Below are positions 38,000-47,893 of a stretch of DNA of 64,000 nt, in pieces. This DNA comes from a virus. Taxonomy: Duplodnaviria > Caudoviricetes. Under the pieces are notes generated by a model, which had not been told where the DNA came from, ran no database searches, and was given only the letters and a program-made list of their open reading frames with translations. The position numbers and the translations under genes were made by a program. Each line of letters starts with the position of its first letter. Within the stretch, counting starts at the first letter, position 1. The stretch is from IMG/VR virus record IMGVR_UViG_3300025389_000011; one strand, 5' to 3'.

Positions 38000-38232
38000 G
38001 ACCACCTCAAGATAAACCACTCTAAGTCTTTTTTATCACGAAACCAAAACCTAGCATTATTAACATACCAACGTTGTTCGGGTAAACTAACAGTTATGGT
38101 GCCATATGTTTCGACTACCCATTTAACCATGTCATTCCAATACATGTTATCACCGTTAGCCATCCAGCCCTTAGGCTGTATAGTAAAATACTTTTCTCCA
38201 AACACGGTACCTTCATCGCATATTAGCTCCAT
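37996..38232 (-). CDS. Small hypothetical protein (W-rich family)
   Basis: DMVKWV..TYG...RW...FWFRDKKDLEWFILRWS; start corrected to ATG 38232. Confidence 0.7.
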   Translation of the reverse strand: MELICDEGTVFGEKYFTIQPKGWMANGDNMYWNDMVKWVVETYGTITVSLPEQRWYVNNARFWFRDKKDLEWFILRWS

Positions 38233-38233
38233 A

Positions 38234-38956
38234 TCAATAGCCACTTGACTTGAGTAGTTCTTTAATGTCTGAGACATTATCTGATTCTCTGTTAAACTTC
38301 AATGCCCATTGCTCTGGATTAATATAATCAATGATAAGTTTAACATGGTCTGCGTCCAAATTATCTAAAAATTGAACGCCACTATCACTTTGAAATAACA
38401 TCCATGGGCTTATTTTACCACGCACAATTTCATGGCAAATACGATTTACGTTAGCATAACGCAATACATCACGTGGTAATATGTTTGCAGATTCTGCAAG
38501 TTCTTCGCATGTTTTTATACTGCGATGGATAGCATCAACGTGATTTTCATGTCGTAGATATTCAATTAGATATCTGGTATAAACACTATCACTATACCAA
38601 GTATCTATTTTAATTTTATTCTTTAATAACCATTCAACATACTGACTGACATTGATTGCATTTACATCCGCACAATAATTTCCAAACTTAATAAAGGCTA
38701 TGTAATATGCACTCTTTACGAATTCTTCAAATGTTTTATTCTTTTTACTTGCTGTGTTTTTACTATAAAATTGCAACCAACATTGAAAGCCTATACGATT
38801 ACCTTGCTTGTCTTTATCTAGCCAACGTCTTTTGGTTTCACATATGTGTTTAACCATAGATGTTTCACGCAAGAATTCACGTTTACAAAAATCACAAGCA
38901 AATTTTGTGGGTGTGTTAATTTCCAATGTCTCGTTCATACTCTGCAAATTGCTCAT
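38234..38956 (-). CDS. Hypothetical protein with N-terminal zinc finger
   Basis: C..C...F......H.C motif. Confidence 0.7.
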   Translation of the reverse strand: MSNLQSMNETLEINTPTKFACDFCKREFLRETSMVKHICETKRRWLDKDKQGNRIGFQCWLQFYSKNTASKKNKTFEEFVKSAYYIAFIKFGNYCADVNAINVSQYVEWLLKNKIKIDTWYSDSVYTRYLIEYLRHENHVDAIHRSIKTCEELAESANILPRDVLRYANVNRICHEIVRGKISPWMLFQSDSGVQFLDNLDADHVKLIIDYINPEQWALKFNRESDNVSDIKELLKSSGY

Positions 38957-39503
38957 CAGTTGTTATTTCATTTAACGTTTCAATATCACTTTGCTTTAAG
39001 TGAGGAAATAGCTCAGCCAAACGTCTTTTACGTTTATGACTATCAACGTATGCCTTACTAATTTCATCAATGTCATTGATATCAGCCTTAGGATATATCT
39101 TTTTATAATATTCTTTAATATCCTTTAGTTTAGCAGGTGATTCAAGTTTTGCAACCTTTTGACTGATGTTTGGTATCCATTGATGAAATTGCTTTCCCAA
39201 GCCAGGGCTAGCCGCACACAACATCAACCACTGAAGTTTAGGATGCTTGTACACGTTTTCATTAAAGAAATATTTATTGGCATAATACTCAGTACTGCTC
39301 AAGTAATAGTTTTGCAAATCACTATTACCTTTAATTGCACTAATCCATTGTATCATCATAAAAGGAACAAACTTCTTTTGTTGTTCTATTGTCAACCTAT
39401 CGTAGTAACCATAATCTTTTTTATCGATAGCGGCAAGCATATCAAACAAGTCCACGTCTTGTTTTTCAAACTTTTCATCGGTTGCTACTTTTTCTTTTGC
39501 CAT
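38916..39503 (-). CDS. Possible clamp-loader small subunit (gp62-like)
   Basis: L..I.....Y...F.PFM..W...AN.......H..LQW......W pattern recalls gp62; function tentative. Confidence 0.45.
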   Translation of the reverse strand: MAKEKVATDEKFEKQDVDLFDMLAAIDKKDYGYYDRLTIEQQKKFVPFMMIQWISAIKGNSDLQNYYLSSTEYYANKYFFNENVYKHPKLQWLMLCAASPGLGKQFHQWIPNISQKVAKLESPAKLKDIKEYYKKIYPKADINDIDEISKAYVDSHKRKRRLAELFPHLKQSDIETLNEITTDEQFAEYERDIGN

Positions 39504-39812
39504 TTATTTTCTTAACATTTCAAGTGTAATCACGTGTGCAATACTTTGACCTAAATCTTTGTCGCCCGGGATAAGATGTAGTGTGTTGATATTTTCATCT
39601 TTACGGTCGTCATACTGACAGTATTCTAACACATGTCCGCCATTTGCAGAATAGATGGTAAAATTCATAGAAGTTTTATGATTACGGCGCTGTAGTCTGT
39701 CATGACCATCGGTCTCACATATCAACATATTGCTTTCATCTTCTTCATTGTTAAGATGTTCCATTCCAATTCTGGCTCTGTTAGCTATCCATTTATCAAA
39801 CCACTTAAACAT
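39504..39812 (-). CDS. Hypothetical protein (102 aa)
   Basis: ORF track, SD AGGAG. Confidence 0.65.
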   Translation of the reverse strand: MFKWFDKWIANRARIGMEHLNNEEDESNMLICETDGHDRLQRRNHKTSMNFTIYSANGGHVLEYCQYDDRKDENINTLHLIPGDKDLGQSIAHVITLEMLRK

Positions 39813-39822
39813 TATTACTCCT

Positions 39823-40323
39823 TTAGAATGCTTGACTATAATCTACTATTTCACAGTTTCTACTGATTTCTTTTACAAAATAAACACATTTTGGTTGCTC
39901 ACCGTCTTCAATAGGAACACACAAAAATTGTCCATTTTTTAATCTAGGCGCATACCATGTAACATCATGATAGATATCTATAATTTCAATTGGCATAAAA
40001 GTAGGACTAAAACTACTCAATGGATTAAACTCAAACGCATTGAAACCTCTATCGTTGATACTTGTTAGCGGTAACGTTTCTAAGTCGCCATGTTCTTTTT
40101 CACCAATTAATATCTGCCAATCAACTGGCATTTTGACAATATATTTGCCAATTCTAAGTACCAGTGCAGGGGCACTAAAACTTTCCAAAAAGATTAATGG
40201 TATATAATGATAATCTACGTTGTTTGGATTACTGTTATCCAGTATTGCAAATCGTAGGTCATCTATTTCTTCTGGTAATGTTTCTAAGTTATAAAACTTG
40301 TTATCTAATGTTAGTATTCGCAT
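39823..40323 (-). CDS. Conserved hypothetical beta-rich protein (166 aa)
   Basis: ORF track; follows UvsW. Confidence 0.7.
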   Translation of the reverse strand: MRILTLDNKFYNLETLPEEIDDLRFAILDNSNPNNVDYHYIPLIFLESFSAPALVLRIGKYIVKMPVDWQILIGEKEHGDLETLPLTSINDRGFNAFEFNPLSSFSPTFMPIEIIDIYHDVTWYAPRLKNGQFLCVPIEDGEQPKCVYFVKEISRNCEIVDYSQAF

Positions 40324-40335
40324 CTTTGTAGTATA

Positions 40336-41814
40336 TCACTTATATTTTAGTTTTTCAACATCAAACGGGTAGTTAGCTTCTTTATAAAATGCTTTTCGTT
40401 GTGTTAAATGTCTTTTGGCAAATTTGCAATTACTTGTTATATCCCAAATCTGCACAAAATCTTTGTCTTCTGCTTTACGTATTCCTCGACCAATACTTTG
40501 TATAACTCTAACAAAACTCTTACCTGGTTCTAATAACATTACATTAAAGATACGGGGAATGTTAATACCAACTGCCGCTACACCATAAGTGGCAATAATG
40601 ATTTTGTTAGTAGCAGTAGCAATATCATCATAGTGTTCTGTACGTGTTGTACCTTTGGTATCTCCTGAAATGAACACTACATTTTCTTCTTTGATACCAT
40701 TTTCTTCTAATTTGAGGTGTAACAATTTACCAGCCTCAATTCTATCTACAAGTATTAGTGTGTTGCCTGTTTCTTTAATCTTAGTGGTTAACTCAGCAAT
40801 TTTATTCAGTCTTTTATCATCACTGGTTAAATATTTCAATTCACTTTGATAGTTACCAAACTCTACACCATCTTGTAACTGTACTATATTAACGTGACAC
40901 ATAGACAATACACCCATTTCTTGTAGTGTACTTGCGGCTAATTGATTGATGACAGGACCTATACTAACATGTAATGATGTTGATTCATGTTTAGCCTTAG
41001 GGATAGTTCCTGTTAGCCCCCAACGTAATGGTATATGGCTCATGACACCTGTCAATAATGTTTTCAGTACATCAGCCTTAGCCTGATGTACCTCGTCTAC
41101 AATAACACAAACCACGCCTTCTAAAAAGTCACCAATTGGTACCTCAGCTTCCCCTGCCTTGGTATTCTTTAACATGTTACCAAGACTTTGCCATGTGCAA
41201 ATAGTATGTGTCTTGTCATACTCTTTACGTCCACCATAGTAGACACCAACATTTAACCCCAAGTTAATATAGTCACGTTCTGTTTGTGTAACTAAACTTG
41301 TGTTAGGTACAATAACAATACTACGACCATATTGTTCAACACTATAGCTTAGTGCCGCGGTCATGATTGTTTTACCTGCACCTGTGGCAATTTCTTGTAA
41401 TGATTGCGGATTCTTTAGATAGTTATTGATGATTTCAATTTGATAGTCACGCAACACAATAGGCTGACCTTCTGCTGGATGCTTTTTAGGCCATACCTTG
41501 TGTTTGAAGGTATCCTCGGACACTTCAGCAAAATTAAACGTTGTTTGATATTGACGTACATCTTCCAATTCAATATCATAACCCGCGGCATCAAGTAATG
41601 GTAATATTTCTTCTAATAAATTTACATACGTACTACCAGCTAAACTAAAGAAACTTTGTTTACCATTCCAACGACCTAACCTTACACTTGGTAAGTATCT
41701 TGCCCCGGGAACTTCAAACTCAAATTTTTTCATCAATGCTTTGCGCTCAGGTAATTCTAAACCTTCAATCTTTACATTGACTTCGTCTTTAATAATTAAT
41801 TTACATTGTTTCAT
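40336..41814 (-). CDS. uvsW: SF2 DNA helicase UvsW
   Basis: ATGAGKT, DEVH, GLTGT, GINIP, QSIGRG.R. Confidence 0.92.
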   Translation of the reverse strand: MKQCKLIIKDEVNVKIEGLELPERKALMKKFEFEVPGARYLPSVRLGRWNGKQSFFSLAGSTYVNLLEEILPLLDAAGYDIELEDVRQYQTTFNFAEVSEDTFKHKVWPKKHPAEGQPIVLRDYQIEIINNYLKNPQSLQEIATGAGKTIMTAALSYSVEQYGRSIVIVPNTSLVTQTERDYINLGLNVGVYYGGRKEYDKTHTICTWQSLGNMLKNTKAGEAEVPIGDFLEGVVCVIVDEVHQAKADVLKTLLTGVMSHIPLRWGLTGTIPKAKHESTSLHVSIGPVINQLAASTLQEMGVLSMCHVNIVQLQDGVEFGNYQSELKYLTSDDKRLNKIAELTTKIKETGNTLILVDRIEAGKLLHLKLEENGIKEENVVFISGDTKGTTRTEHYDDIATATNKIIIATYGVAAVGINIPRIFNVMLLEPGKSFVRVIQSIGRGIRKAEDKDFVQIWDITSNCKFAKRHLTQRKAFYKEANYPFDVEKLKYK

Positions 41815-42824
41815 TTAATATCCACTGGAGTTGAGTCTACCATTGTAATAATCTTTGCAAACCTATTTTTTGAATCATGTTCTGTTTGATTTCTAAATCC
41901 AACAGTAACTGGAAAATCATATTTTCTTTTAATGATTGTATCTTCAAGTATAACATCTATCGTTGTTTTTTGCAATATTTCTAGTAAATCACGTACAGGT
42001 TTTACATCAGTATATCTATATGTGTGCAAGAATACAGCATCACATCCTATTTCTTGTAACCATGGCACAATAATTGTTACCTCTGATACTTCTACTTTAG
42101 GAAACATATTAGCCATAAAATTTTGTTTTTTATCGCTTATGTCATAAACAGATTCATCTATTGTGACACCGTGATAAACTAAATTGGCAATTGTAATACT
42201 GTCAGTATTTAATACCATGTTACCTAAGGCCTCATCCAAATAAATATTTGTAGCAACAATATATAAATTACCATTGATATTACACAATGTGGGTTGCCAA
42301 TATCTAACATCTTTATAAGATTCTAGTTGATTTAGTAATGACTTGGTAATGTCACAGTAAAACATGTCCTTATAAAATTCATTAGCTACTTCTAACAATA
42401 TTTTTAGTTGAAATAATCCATAATCAACTTCATGCCTACGCAAATCCTTATTCCATTTAAAGTGATTATTAGGTTTTTTTCTAAAAGCATTTATAAAGTT
42501 TTTGTTGTAGGGACTTTTAAAATAAATTTTGTTATCTTCTATGGTAACATGACCTGTTGTATACTGTGGTGAACTTTCAATTACCTGCATGTCCCATGGT
42601 AAATAAATCAACTGGTCTACATCCAATTCATGTTTAACAAACTGTCTACGATACTTAAACACAATTTTATAAAACAATTCAACTTGATTAGTAGTAATTT
42701 GATCTAATGTTAGTAAATTGGTAACAAACCGTTCATCGAACCTACCTAGGCTGATGTTCTTTTTCATAAAGTGTGCAATATGCTCGGATGTTTTTAATTC
42801 TACCATTTTTATATTATAAAGCAA
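41811..42824 (-). CDS. Hypothetical protein (337 aa)
   Basis: ORF track; TTGCTT-17-TATAAT upstream. Confidence 0.7.
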   Translation of the reverse strand: MLYNIKMVELKTSEHIAHFMKKNISLGRFDERFVTNLLTLDQITTNQVELFYKIVFKYRRQFVKHELDVDQLIYLPWDMQVIESSPQYTTGHVTIEDNKIYFKSPYNKNFINAFRKKPNNHFKWNKDLRRHEVDYGLFQLKILLEVANEFYKDMFYCDITKSLLNQLESYKDVRYWQPTLCNINGNLYIVATNIYLDEALGNMVLNTDSITIANLVYHGVTIDESVYDISDKKQNFMANMFPKVEVSEVTIIVPWLQEIGCDAVFLHTYRYTDVKPVRDLLEILQKTTIDVILEDTIIKRKYDFPVTVGFRNQTEHDSKNRFAKIITMVDSTPVDIK

Positions 42825-42850
42825 TATACCAAGGAAAGCAAATAGAAAGG

Positions 42851-42871
42851 AAAAAAGGGACCGAAGTCCCT
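42851..42871 (-). terminator. UUCG-loop intrinsic terminator
   Basis: GGGAC-TTCG-GTCCC-TTTTTT. Confidence 0.9.
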
Positions 42872-42892
42872 ATAAAATTGCATAAGCAATGA

Positions 42893-43924
42893 TTATGATT
42901 TCATGCAAGTTGTACGTGCAAGTGATTGCCAATTGCTAGGACTGATCTTAACCAAATCAGCAATTTTCAAACTCATACGCAAGGACACTTCACGCAATTT
43001 TGTATGATTGTCCCACATGAAGTCCAGTACCTCAGTTGCCTGAGCATCAGTGAAATCATAGTCTTTGAACAAGCCACCATCAGCATCACGATGGACCTGT
43101 TTGATACGCAACATCTTGTCACGCTCACTATCAATAGTGAGGTCCAAAAAGTGACAACGTGATTGCAATGCTTCCAAGTGATCCTGCATTTTTTTGCTTT
43201 TCACATTGTCAAACTTAATGTTTGTAATGAAAATTGCACTACCGTTGAAGTGAAACATGTTAGGAATACCTTCATCTTTCAACAAACGTGAATCACTGTT
43301 CCAGCAAATCTTACGTGTTTTGCCTGAATCCAGTGCAGCCTTGAGAATGTTCAATGCCAACTCATCACTAAAAACGCTGTCACAGTCATCGAAAATCAAT
43401 ACATTCTTTTTGTCGCTGTACTTGTACAATTGTGCATACAAGCCCAGTGCTGTCATAGCACCTTTGACAATATTGAAACGGACCTTCTTGCCAGCAATCT
43501 TGTCAAACATGCTAGCCTTTTCCATTTGTGTTTCAACCCCGTATGATTTACCAACACCAGGGGGGCCTGAAACAATCATAGCACGAATATCACCACTGAT
43601 ACATGCCTTAGACATTTCATCAAGCACCGCAAAACGTGTTGCAATACGATCCATAGCCTCTACCTCAGTTTCTTTAACTTCAGTCTGCACTTTTTTAAAC
43701 TCCACTGTATTTTCTTTCACGGCTTCTCCATTTAAAAATTGAATGTCTTCAATACTATCTACTTTAACTTTAACTTCATCAATTGCAATTGCAAATTGCC
43801 CATCATTTTTTACAGTAACAAAACTGCCTTTTTTACCTGTTTGAAAACCCTTGACTAGAGTAAACACTTCACCTGCTACTGGCTGATTGCGATATGACCC
43901 AGAAAGAATGCGAATCGTTGACAT
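42893..43924 (-). CDS. AAA+ P-loop ATPase (early gene)
   Basis: GPPGVGKS Walker A, IFDDCD Walker B, SR arginine finger. Confidence 0.8.
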   Translation of the reverse strand: MSTIRILSGSYRNQPVAGEVFTLVKGFQTGKKGSFVTVKNDGQFAIAIDEVKVKVDSIEDIQFLNGEAVKENTVEFKKVQTEVKETEVEAMDRIATRFAVLDEMSKACISGDIRAMIVSGPPGVGKSYGVETQMEKASMFDKIAGKKVRFNIVKGAMTALGLYAQLYKYSDKKNVLIFDDCDSVFSDELALNILKAALDSGKTRKICWNSDSRLLKDEGIPNMFHFNGSAIFITNIKFDNVKSKKMQDHLEALQSRCHFLDLTIDSERDKMLRIKQVHRDADGGLFKDYDFTDAQATEVLDFMWDNHTKLREVSLRMSLKIADLVKISPSNWQSLARTTCMKS

Positions 43925-43958
43925 ATTTATATGCTCCGTTTAGTTAATCAATACAAGT

Positions 43959-43987
43959 ATTATAAGCCCAAAACGATTTATTGTCAA
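43959..43987 (-). promoter_or_regulatory. Consensus sigma70 early promoter
   Basis: TTGACA-ATAAATCGTTTTGGGCT-TATAAT. Confidence 0.9.
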
Positions 43988-43989
43988 AT

Positions 43990-44172
43990 TTAGGAGTTGG
44001 CTGTTGCAAAAGGGCTATATAATTCATCGTAGACTGATTCCAATACGTCATCAATCATTTCTACTGGAATATCCAATGTTCTGGCGATTTGCTCGGGGCA
44101 ACTACCATGATCCAACATAATACGAATTTCCATATCCAATTCAGCCATCTTTGACATTTTGTGTCCTTTCAA
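43990..44172 (-). CDS. Small hypothetical HTH-like protein
   Basis: G.CPEQIARTL.IP.E.I. Confidence 0.6.
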   Translation of the reverse strand: MKGHKMSKMAELDMEIRIMLDHGSCPEQIARTLDIPVEMIDDVLESVYDELYSPFATANS

Positions 44173-44381
44173 AGTTTTGCAATTAATTGATTGTGAATGA
44201 GGTTCATCTCATCCTGCTCTACATAAAAATCAGTCCTAGGATCATAGTACTGACCTTCTTTGTTGTCATAATACAACACTCGACCGCTAAAATTGAACGG
44301 ACCTTCTAGACCTTTGCGTGGGCCATACTTGGTACGCATTTCATCCATTTGGTACTTGTCAGCAACGATTTTATAACTCAT
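44169..44381 (-). CDS. Small hypothetical early protein (70 aa)
   Basis: SD GGAG and its own promoter. Confidence 0.7.
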   Translation of the reverse strand: MSYKIVADKYQMDEMRTKYGPRKGLEGPFNFSGRVLYYDNKEGQYYDPRTDFYVEQDEMNLIHNQLIAKL

Positions 44382-44416
44382 AATACCAGCTCCGTTTTGT
44401 TAGTGTCAATACAAGT

Positions 44417-44445
44417 ATTGTAGTCTAAAATGGATTTATTGTCAA
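44417..44445 (-). promoter_or_regulatory. sigma70 early promoter
   Basis: TTGACA-17-TACAAT. Confidence 0.85.
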
Positions 44446-44458
44446 ATAATTGAGACTA

Positions 44459-44488
44459 AAAAGTTGTTGCTTTTACACAACAACTTTT
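44459..44488 (-). terminator. Intrinsic terminator after the 24-aa ORF
   Basis: 11-bp stem AAAAGTTGTTG/CAACAACTTTT ending in a T run. Confidence 0.75.
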
Positions 44489-44498
44489 GTAGTACTAA

Positions 44499-44573
44499 TT
44501 ACTTACTGTCTTTGGGACAGGGGTTATATTTCCAGTGCCATTTTCTACATTTTGTGCATGTCCAAACTGTCAT
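44499..44573 (-). CDS. 24-aa Cys/Trp-rich microprotein MTVWTCTKCRKWHWKYNPCPKDSK (not in ORF track)
   Basis: AAGGAG 5 nt before ATG, dedicated promoter and terminator. Confidence 0.7.
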   Translation of the reverse strand: MTVWTCTKCRKWHWKYNPCPKDSK

Positions 44574-44601
44574 ATAAACTCCTTTTTGTTAGTGAATATG
44601 T

Positions 44602-44630
44602 ATTATATGTGATAACGGATTTATTGTCAA
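44602..44630 (-). promoter_or_regulatory. Consensus sigma70 early promoter
   Basis: TTGACA-ATAAATCCGTTATCACA-TATAAT. Confidence 0.9.
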
Positions 44631-45232
44631 TAATTTAATTTCCAAATGCAATTAATAAGATATATTAACCGTTCACTTGTAGTTACAGGTACCCCGTGCC
44701 ATGAGTTTGGCATATTACCCCAAACGCTACCTGAAAATTTTTTTGAGGGACTTTGATGCTTTTGTGTCCACTCTCCGGTATTTGGATTATGTGCATAAAA
44801 GGTAGTACCGCAATCAATAGCATCTTGTAAATGTACCACACCTGCTAATACAGTATGATGAGGATCAGTATGTATAGCCTGACTAAATCCAACTGAATCT
44901 TTTATTAGAGTTGACCCAATTATTATATTATCCTTTATAAAAGATAAGGGCTGTGTATGATAGTATTTAAAGTGTTCGTGTTCATTTAGTTTAGGAAGAA
45001 TAATATCATAAATAAAATCTTTTGTCCATTTATTGATTTGTATCATGTTATCACAATCTACAATAGACCTATGCACAAATGGTTGTTGCCGGTCGTTTAT
45101 TCTAATGGGAACATGATACTGTTTAGTTTTTTCTTCATTAATAACAGGATTAATAGGAAGGGGAGGATTAACATCAGTAAAATCAATTACTGCGTTATAC
45201 ATATAAGGCCCCTCAACTGTGGTTAAATTCAT
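44627..45232 (-). CDS. 2OG-Fe(II) oxygenase-like protein
   Basis: HTD...GTTFY...WHGV...R facial-triad pattern. Confidence 0.75.
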   Translation of the reverse strand: MNLTTVEGPYMYNAVIDFTDVNPPLPINPVINEEKTKQYHVPIRINDRQQPFVHRSIVDCDNMIQINKWTKDFIYDIILPKLNEHEHFKYYHTQPLSFIKDNIIIGSTLIKDSVGFSQAIHTDPHHTVLAGVVHLQDAIDCGTTFYAHNPNTGEWTQKHQSPSKKFSGSVWGNMPNSWHGVPVTTSERLIYLINCIWKLNY

Positions 45233-46104
45233 AGTGCTGTGAAATCAATTTCCCAATTTTTAATATGGTAATAATCTACTCCATCTTTTGTAGAGTATTT
45301 ATAGTAACCTTGAATAGGGACCTCAGTTTGTTCAAAGAAATATTCCCATAAATGTGCTAATTTATTATCCAATGGGATTTCCAATTTATACATTTTTTTA
45401 GAATCATCTTTTAACCAATATTCAGTAAACTTACTTGTTCTCTTTTTTACAATCAATTTAGTTAAAGGATTAAGCCTTACTGTTTTTGAAAAATTATCAG
45501 TTGGTTCAAATTTTTTAGTTAATTCATTCATCATAACCATATCATCGAAACCAATATCATACTCATAAAATTCAGGCAAGCGATACACCAATGGCATCAT
45601 TTCTTCCTTAAAGATTTTCCCATCACTATGAATAAATGAATTTAAATCTTTTCTAAAGGCTGATAACTTGTGATCCTTCAATGCAAAAACCATAAACTTT
45701 TTGCTATAATAGTCACGAATTTCTTTTGCACGTTCTCTATCACAAGGTTCAATATTTTCAAATAAAGTATTATCTGTTAATGATGATGGGCGAGGAATAA
45801 TATGATTACCTGCTTTTCTTATCTTATGCCAAACAACACTTAATATTAGCAAATCTTCAGGGCTTTCAAATACTTCATATCTCTTAACCTGATTCATACG
45901 CATACTACTAAGCATTGACTCAAGTTTATCATGTGATGCATTTCCACCAAGTGTTAGATTACCCAATCCAATGCTAGACAATTGACCTTGACCATTTACT
46001 GATATTGAGGGGCTACCACTGATTGATAAACCCTGACCAGCAATAACAACATTAGGATGATTATGTCCGGTGATTTGCACAGTACCTCTTCCATTGTAAC
46101 TCAT
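45229..46104 (-). CDS. Hypothetical protein (291 aa) with G/S-rich N-terminus
   Basis: ORF track. Confidence 0.7.
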   Translation of the reverse strand: MSYNGRGTVQITGHNHPNVVIAGQGLSISGSPSISVNGQGQLSSIGLGNLTLGGNASHDKLESMLSSMRMNQVKRYEVFESPEDLLILSVVWHKIRKAGNHIIPRPSSLTDNTLFENIEPCDRERAKEIRDYYSKKFMVFALKDHKLSAFRKDLNSFIHSDGKIFKEEMMPLVYRLPEFYEYDIGFDDMVMMNELTKKFEPTDNFSKTVRLNPLTKLIVKKRTSKFTEYWLKDDSKKMYKLEIPLDNKLAHLWEYFFEQTEVPIQGYYKYSTKDGVDYYHIKNWEIDFTAL

Positions 46105-46556
46105 ATGATTATATCTTCCATTCCAGCAGTTCTTAATCTAACAATATGACCCATTTGCCATTGTTTGGCTTCAAGTCCCTTTAATATACCTAACCAACTA
46201 TTTCTTAGTAATGCTACCTCATTAATCAATACTTCAAAATCAATGACTTCATCTTCACCATCAACATACTTTTCAGCATCACGGCTTGTCAATGCTCTAT
46301 TATACGCTTCTAAATATTTTTGAAAATGTTTTCGGCGAATTTTCCGTAATTGAATGTTAAGGTAGTTTAGTACTGCCTCTATTTCTTGTAACTGATTGAA
46401 ACGGTGTTCTGTGACACCCGGAATAGCGGCAATGTTTTTTTCAACATTTCCGCTAATCTTTACTTCGTTTTTTGCCGACGTTAACTCTGATTCATAGTGT
46501 GTTATGAAATCAGGTATGACACTTAAATCATACGTGATACGTGTGTACCAGTTCAT
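46101..46556 (-). CDS. uvsY: Recombination mediator UvsY
   Basis: Y.E.Y.RAL..RDAEKYVDGE...N....I.KGL..K.W. Confidence 0.85.
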   Translation of the reverse strand: MNWYTRITYDLSVIPDFITHYESELTSAKNEVKISGNVEKNIAAIPGVTEHRFNQLQEIEAVLNYLNIQLRKIRRKHFQKYLEAYNRALTSRDAEKYVDGEDEVIDFEVLINEVALLRNSWLGILKGLEAKQWQMGHIVRLRTAGMEDIII

Positions 46557-46820
46557 TTAATCCCAATCGTTGTCGTTGTCGTTGTAATCGTCTTCTTCGT
46601 ATTCGTCTTCATCGTACTCATCTTCTACAAAGTTTTCTTCTGCATATCCTTTTAATGCCTTAGTAATTATTTTATCACTAAATGCATCTTTGATATCATC
46701 AACTTCATAGTTGTTTTCCATTAGATAAGTAACCAATGCGTCAGCTGCCTCTGCACGGTCGTTTAAATCAATATGGTCGCATAGTACTTCCCATACTTCT
46801 GAAATTAAACTCAAACTCAT
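46557..46820 (-). CDS. Small acidic hypothetical protein
   Basis: D/E-rich tail; lies between uvsX and uvsY. Confidence 0.7.
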   Translation of the reverse strand: MSLSLISEVWEVLCDHIDLNDRAEAADALVTYLMENNYEVDDIKDAFSDKIITKALKGYAEENFVEDEYDEDEYEEDDYNDNDNDWD

Positions 46821-47881
46821 TCTGTTTCCTCCTCAGGTGTTACAGTACTTATCTTTGAGTTTGTTTTTTGTGTGTACTCTGCCATAACTTTATCTAGGCA
46901 ACCATCAGTATTTGCTTCCCATGCTTTGCGAAACTTTTTAATGATTTCACCATCAAGTGTAGTATAGACAAGACTGTTACCTTCTTTCTTAACAAGTTCA
47001 GCCTTCTCAATCATATCAAGCATGCCTGAGTAAGGACTCATACCTGTTTCATAAGGAATCTTAACTTGTACTGATTCAAAGGGTTTAGCGTAGCGTGTTT
47101 TCATAATCTTGCAACTTGCACGAATACCACGTACATCACTAATCTTGTTACCGTCTTCGTCTTCTTTAAGTTTAAGTTTCTTCATAGCAACTACAATACT
47201 ACTTGCATAAACGAAACCTTGACCACCACTGATTTTATCATCAGGGTCAAACATGTCTTGACTTGCGTATGTGTGATTAGTAGCAACTAATCCTACATTG
47301 TGATTACCAAACATGTTAACACAATTACGAACAAGTGCTGTTAGTGCTTTAGGCTTACGACCCATGTCACCTTTCATATCACCTGCTTCAAATTGATTCA
47401 CATCAGTTGGTGTCAATAGCATACCAAGACTGTCAATGATAAACAATACTTTAGGTTTATCTTCTGTTGGCAATACTTTATATGACTTCATGAATTCTGA
47501 AATAGTTTTACCTACATCATCAATCATAGCCATGTTTAGTTTCAATAATTTATCTTCACCTGTATCTACACCTAAAGCATGTAGCCAGGCTTCATCTAAC
47601 GCATTCTCTGTGTCAATTAAGACAACAAAGATGCCTTGTTGTTGTGCGTGTCTAACAAGGTTCCCTGAGCAGATAAAACTTTTTCCTGCTCCTGATTCTC
47701 CGGCAAAGACAGTAACTTTACCAAGAGGGACGCCTTTATTAAAATCACCGCTAATGAGGTAGTTGAGAGCATAATTTCCTGTCGAGATCCAATCAGTTGG
47801 GTCATTAAACCCAATAGACAGACCATCAATACTTTTTGTTATATCCTTGCGGAATTTACTTACATCAAATGGCTTAGCCAA
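46817..47881 (-). CDS. uvsX: RecA-like recombinase UvsX
   Basis: GESGAGKS, IDTENA, IDSLG, TNH.Y, SGG.G..YASS. Confidence 0.95.
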   Translation of the reverse strand: MAKPFDVSKFRKDITKSIDGLSIGFNDPTDWISTGNYALNYLISGDFNKGVPLGKVTVFAGESGAGKSFICSGNLVRHAQQQGIFVVLIDTENALDEAWLHALGVDTGEDKLLKLNMAMIDDVGKTISEFMKSYKVLPTEDKPKVLFIIDSLGMLLTPTDVNQFEAGDMKGDMGRKPKALTALVRNCVNMFGNHNVGLVATNHTYASQDMFDPDDKISGGQGFVYASSIVVAMKKLKLKEDEDGNKISDVRGIRASCKIMKTRYAKPFESVQVKIPYETGMSPYSGMLDMIEKAELVKKEGNSLVYTTLDGEIIKKFRKAWEANTDGCLDKVMAEYTQKTNSKISTVTPEEETE

Positions 47882-47893
47882 GTTATTCTCCTG

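Noticed and set aside
39823-40323. Possible Hint-like fold in the 166-aa protein
   Set aside because: Only a vague beta-strand pattern; no N-terminal Cys/Ser or C-terminal His-Asn, so it cannot be supported without structure prediction
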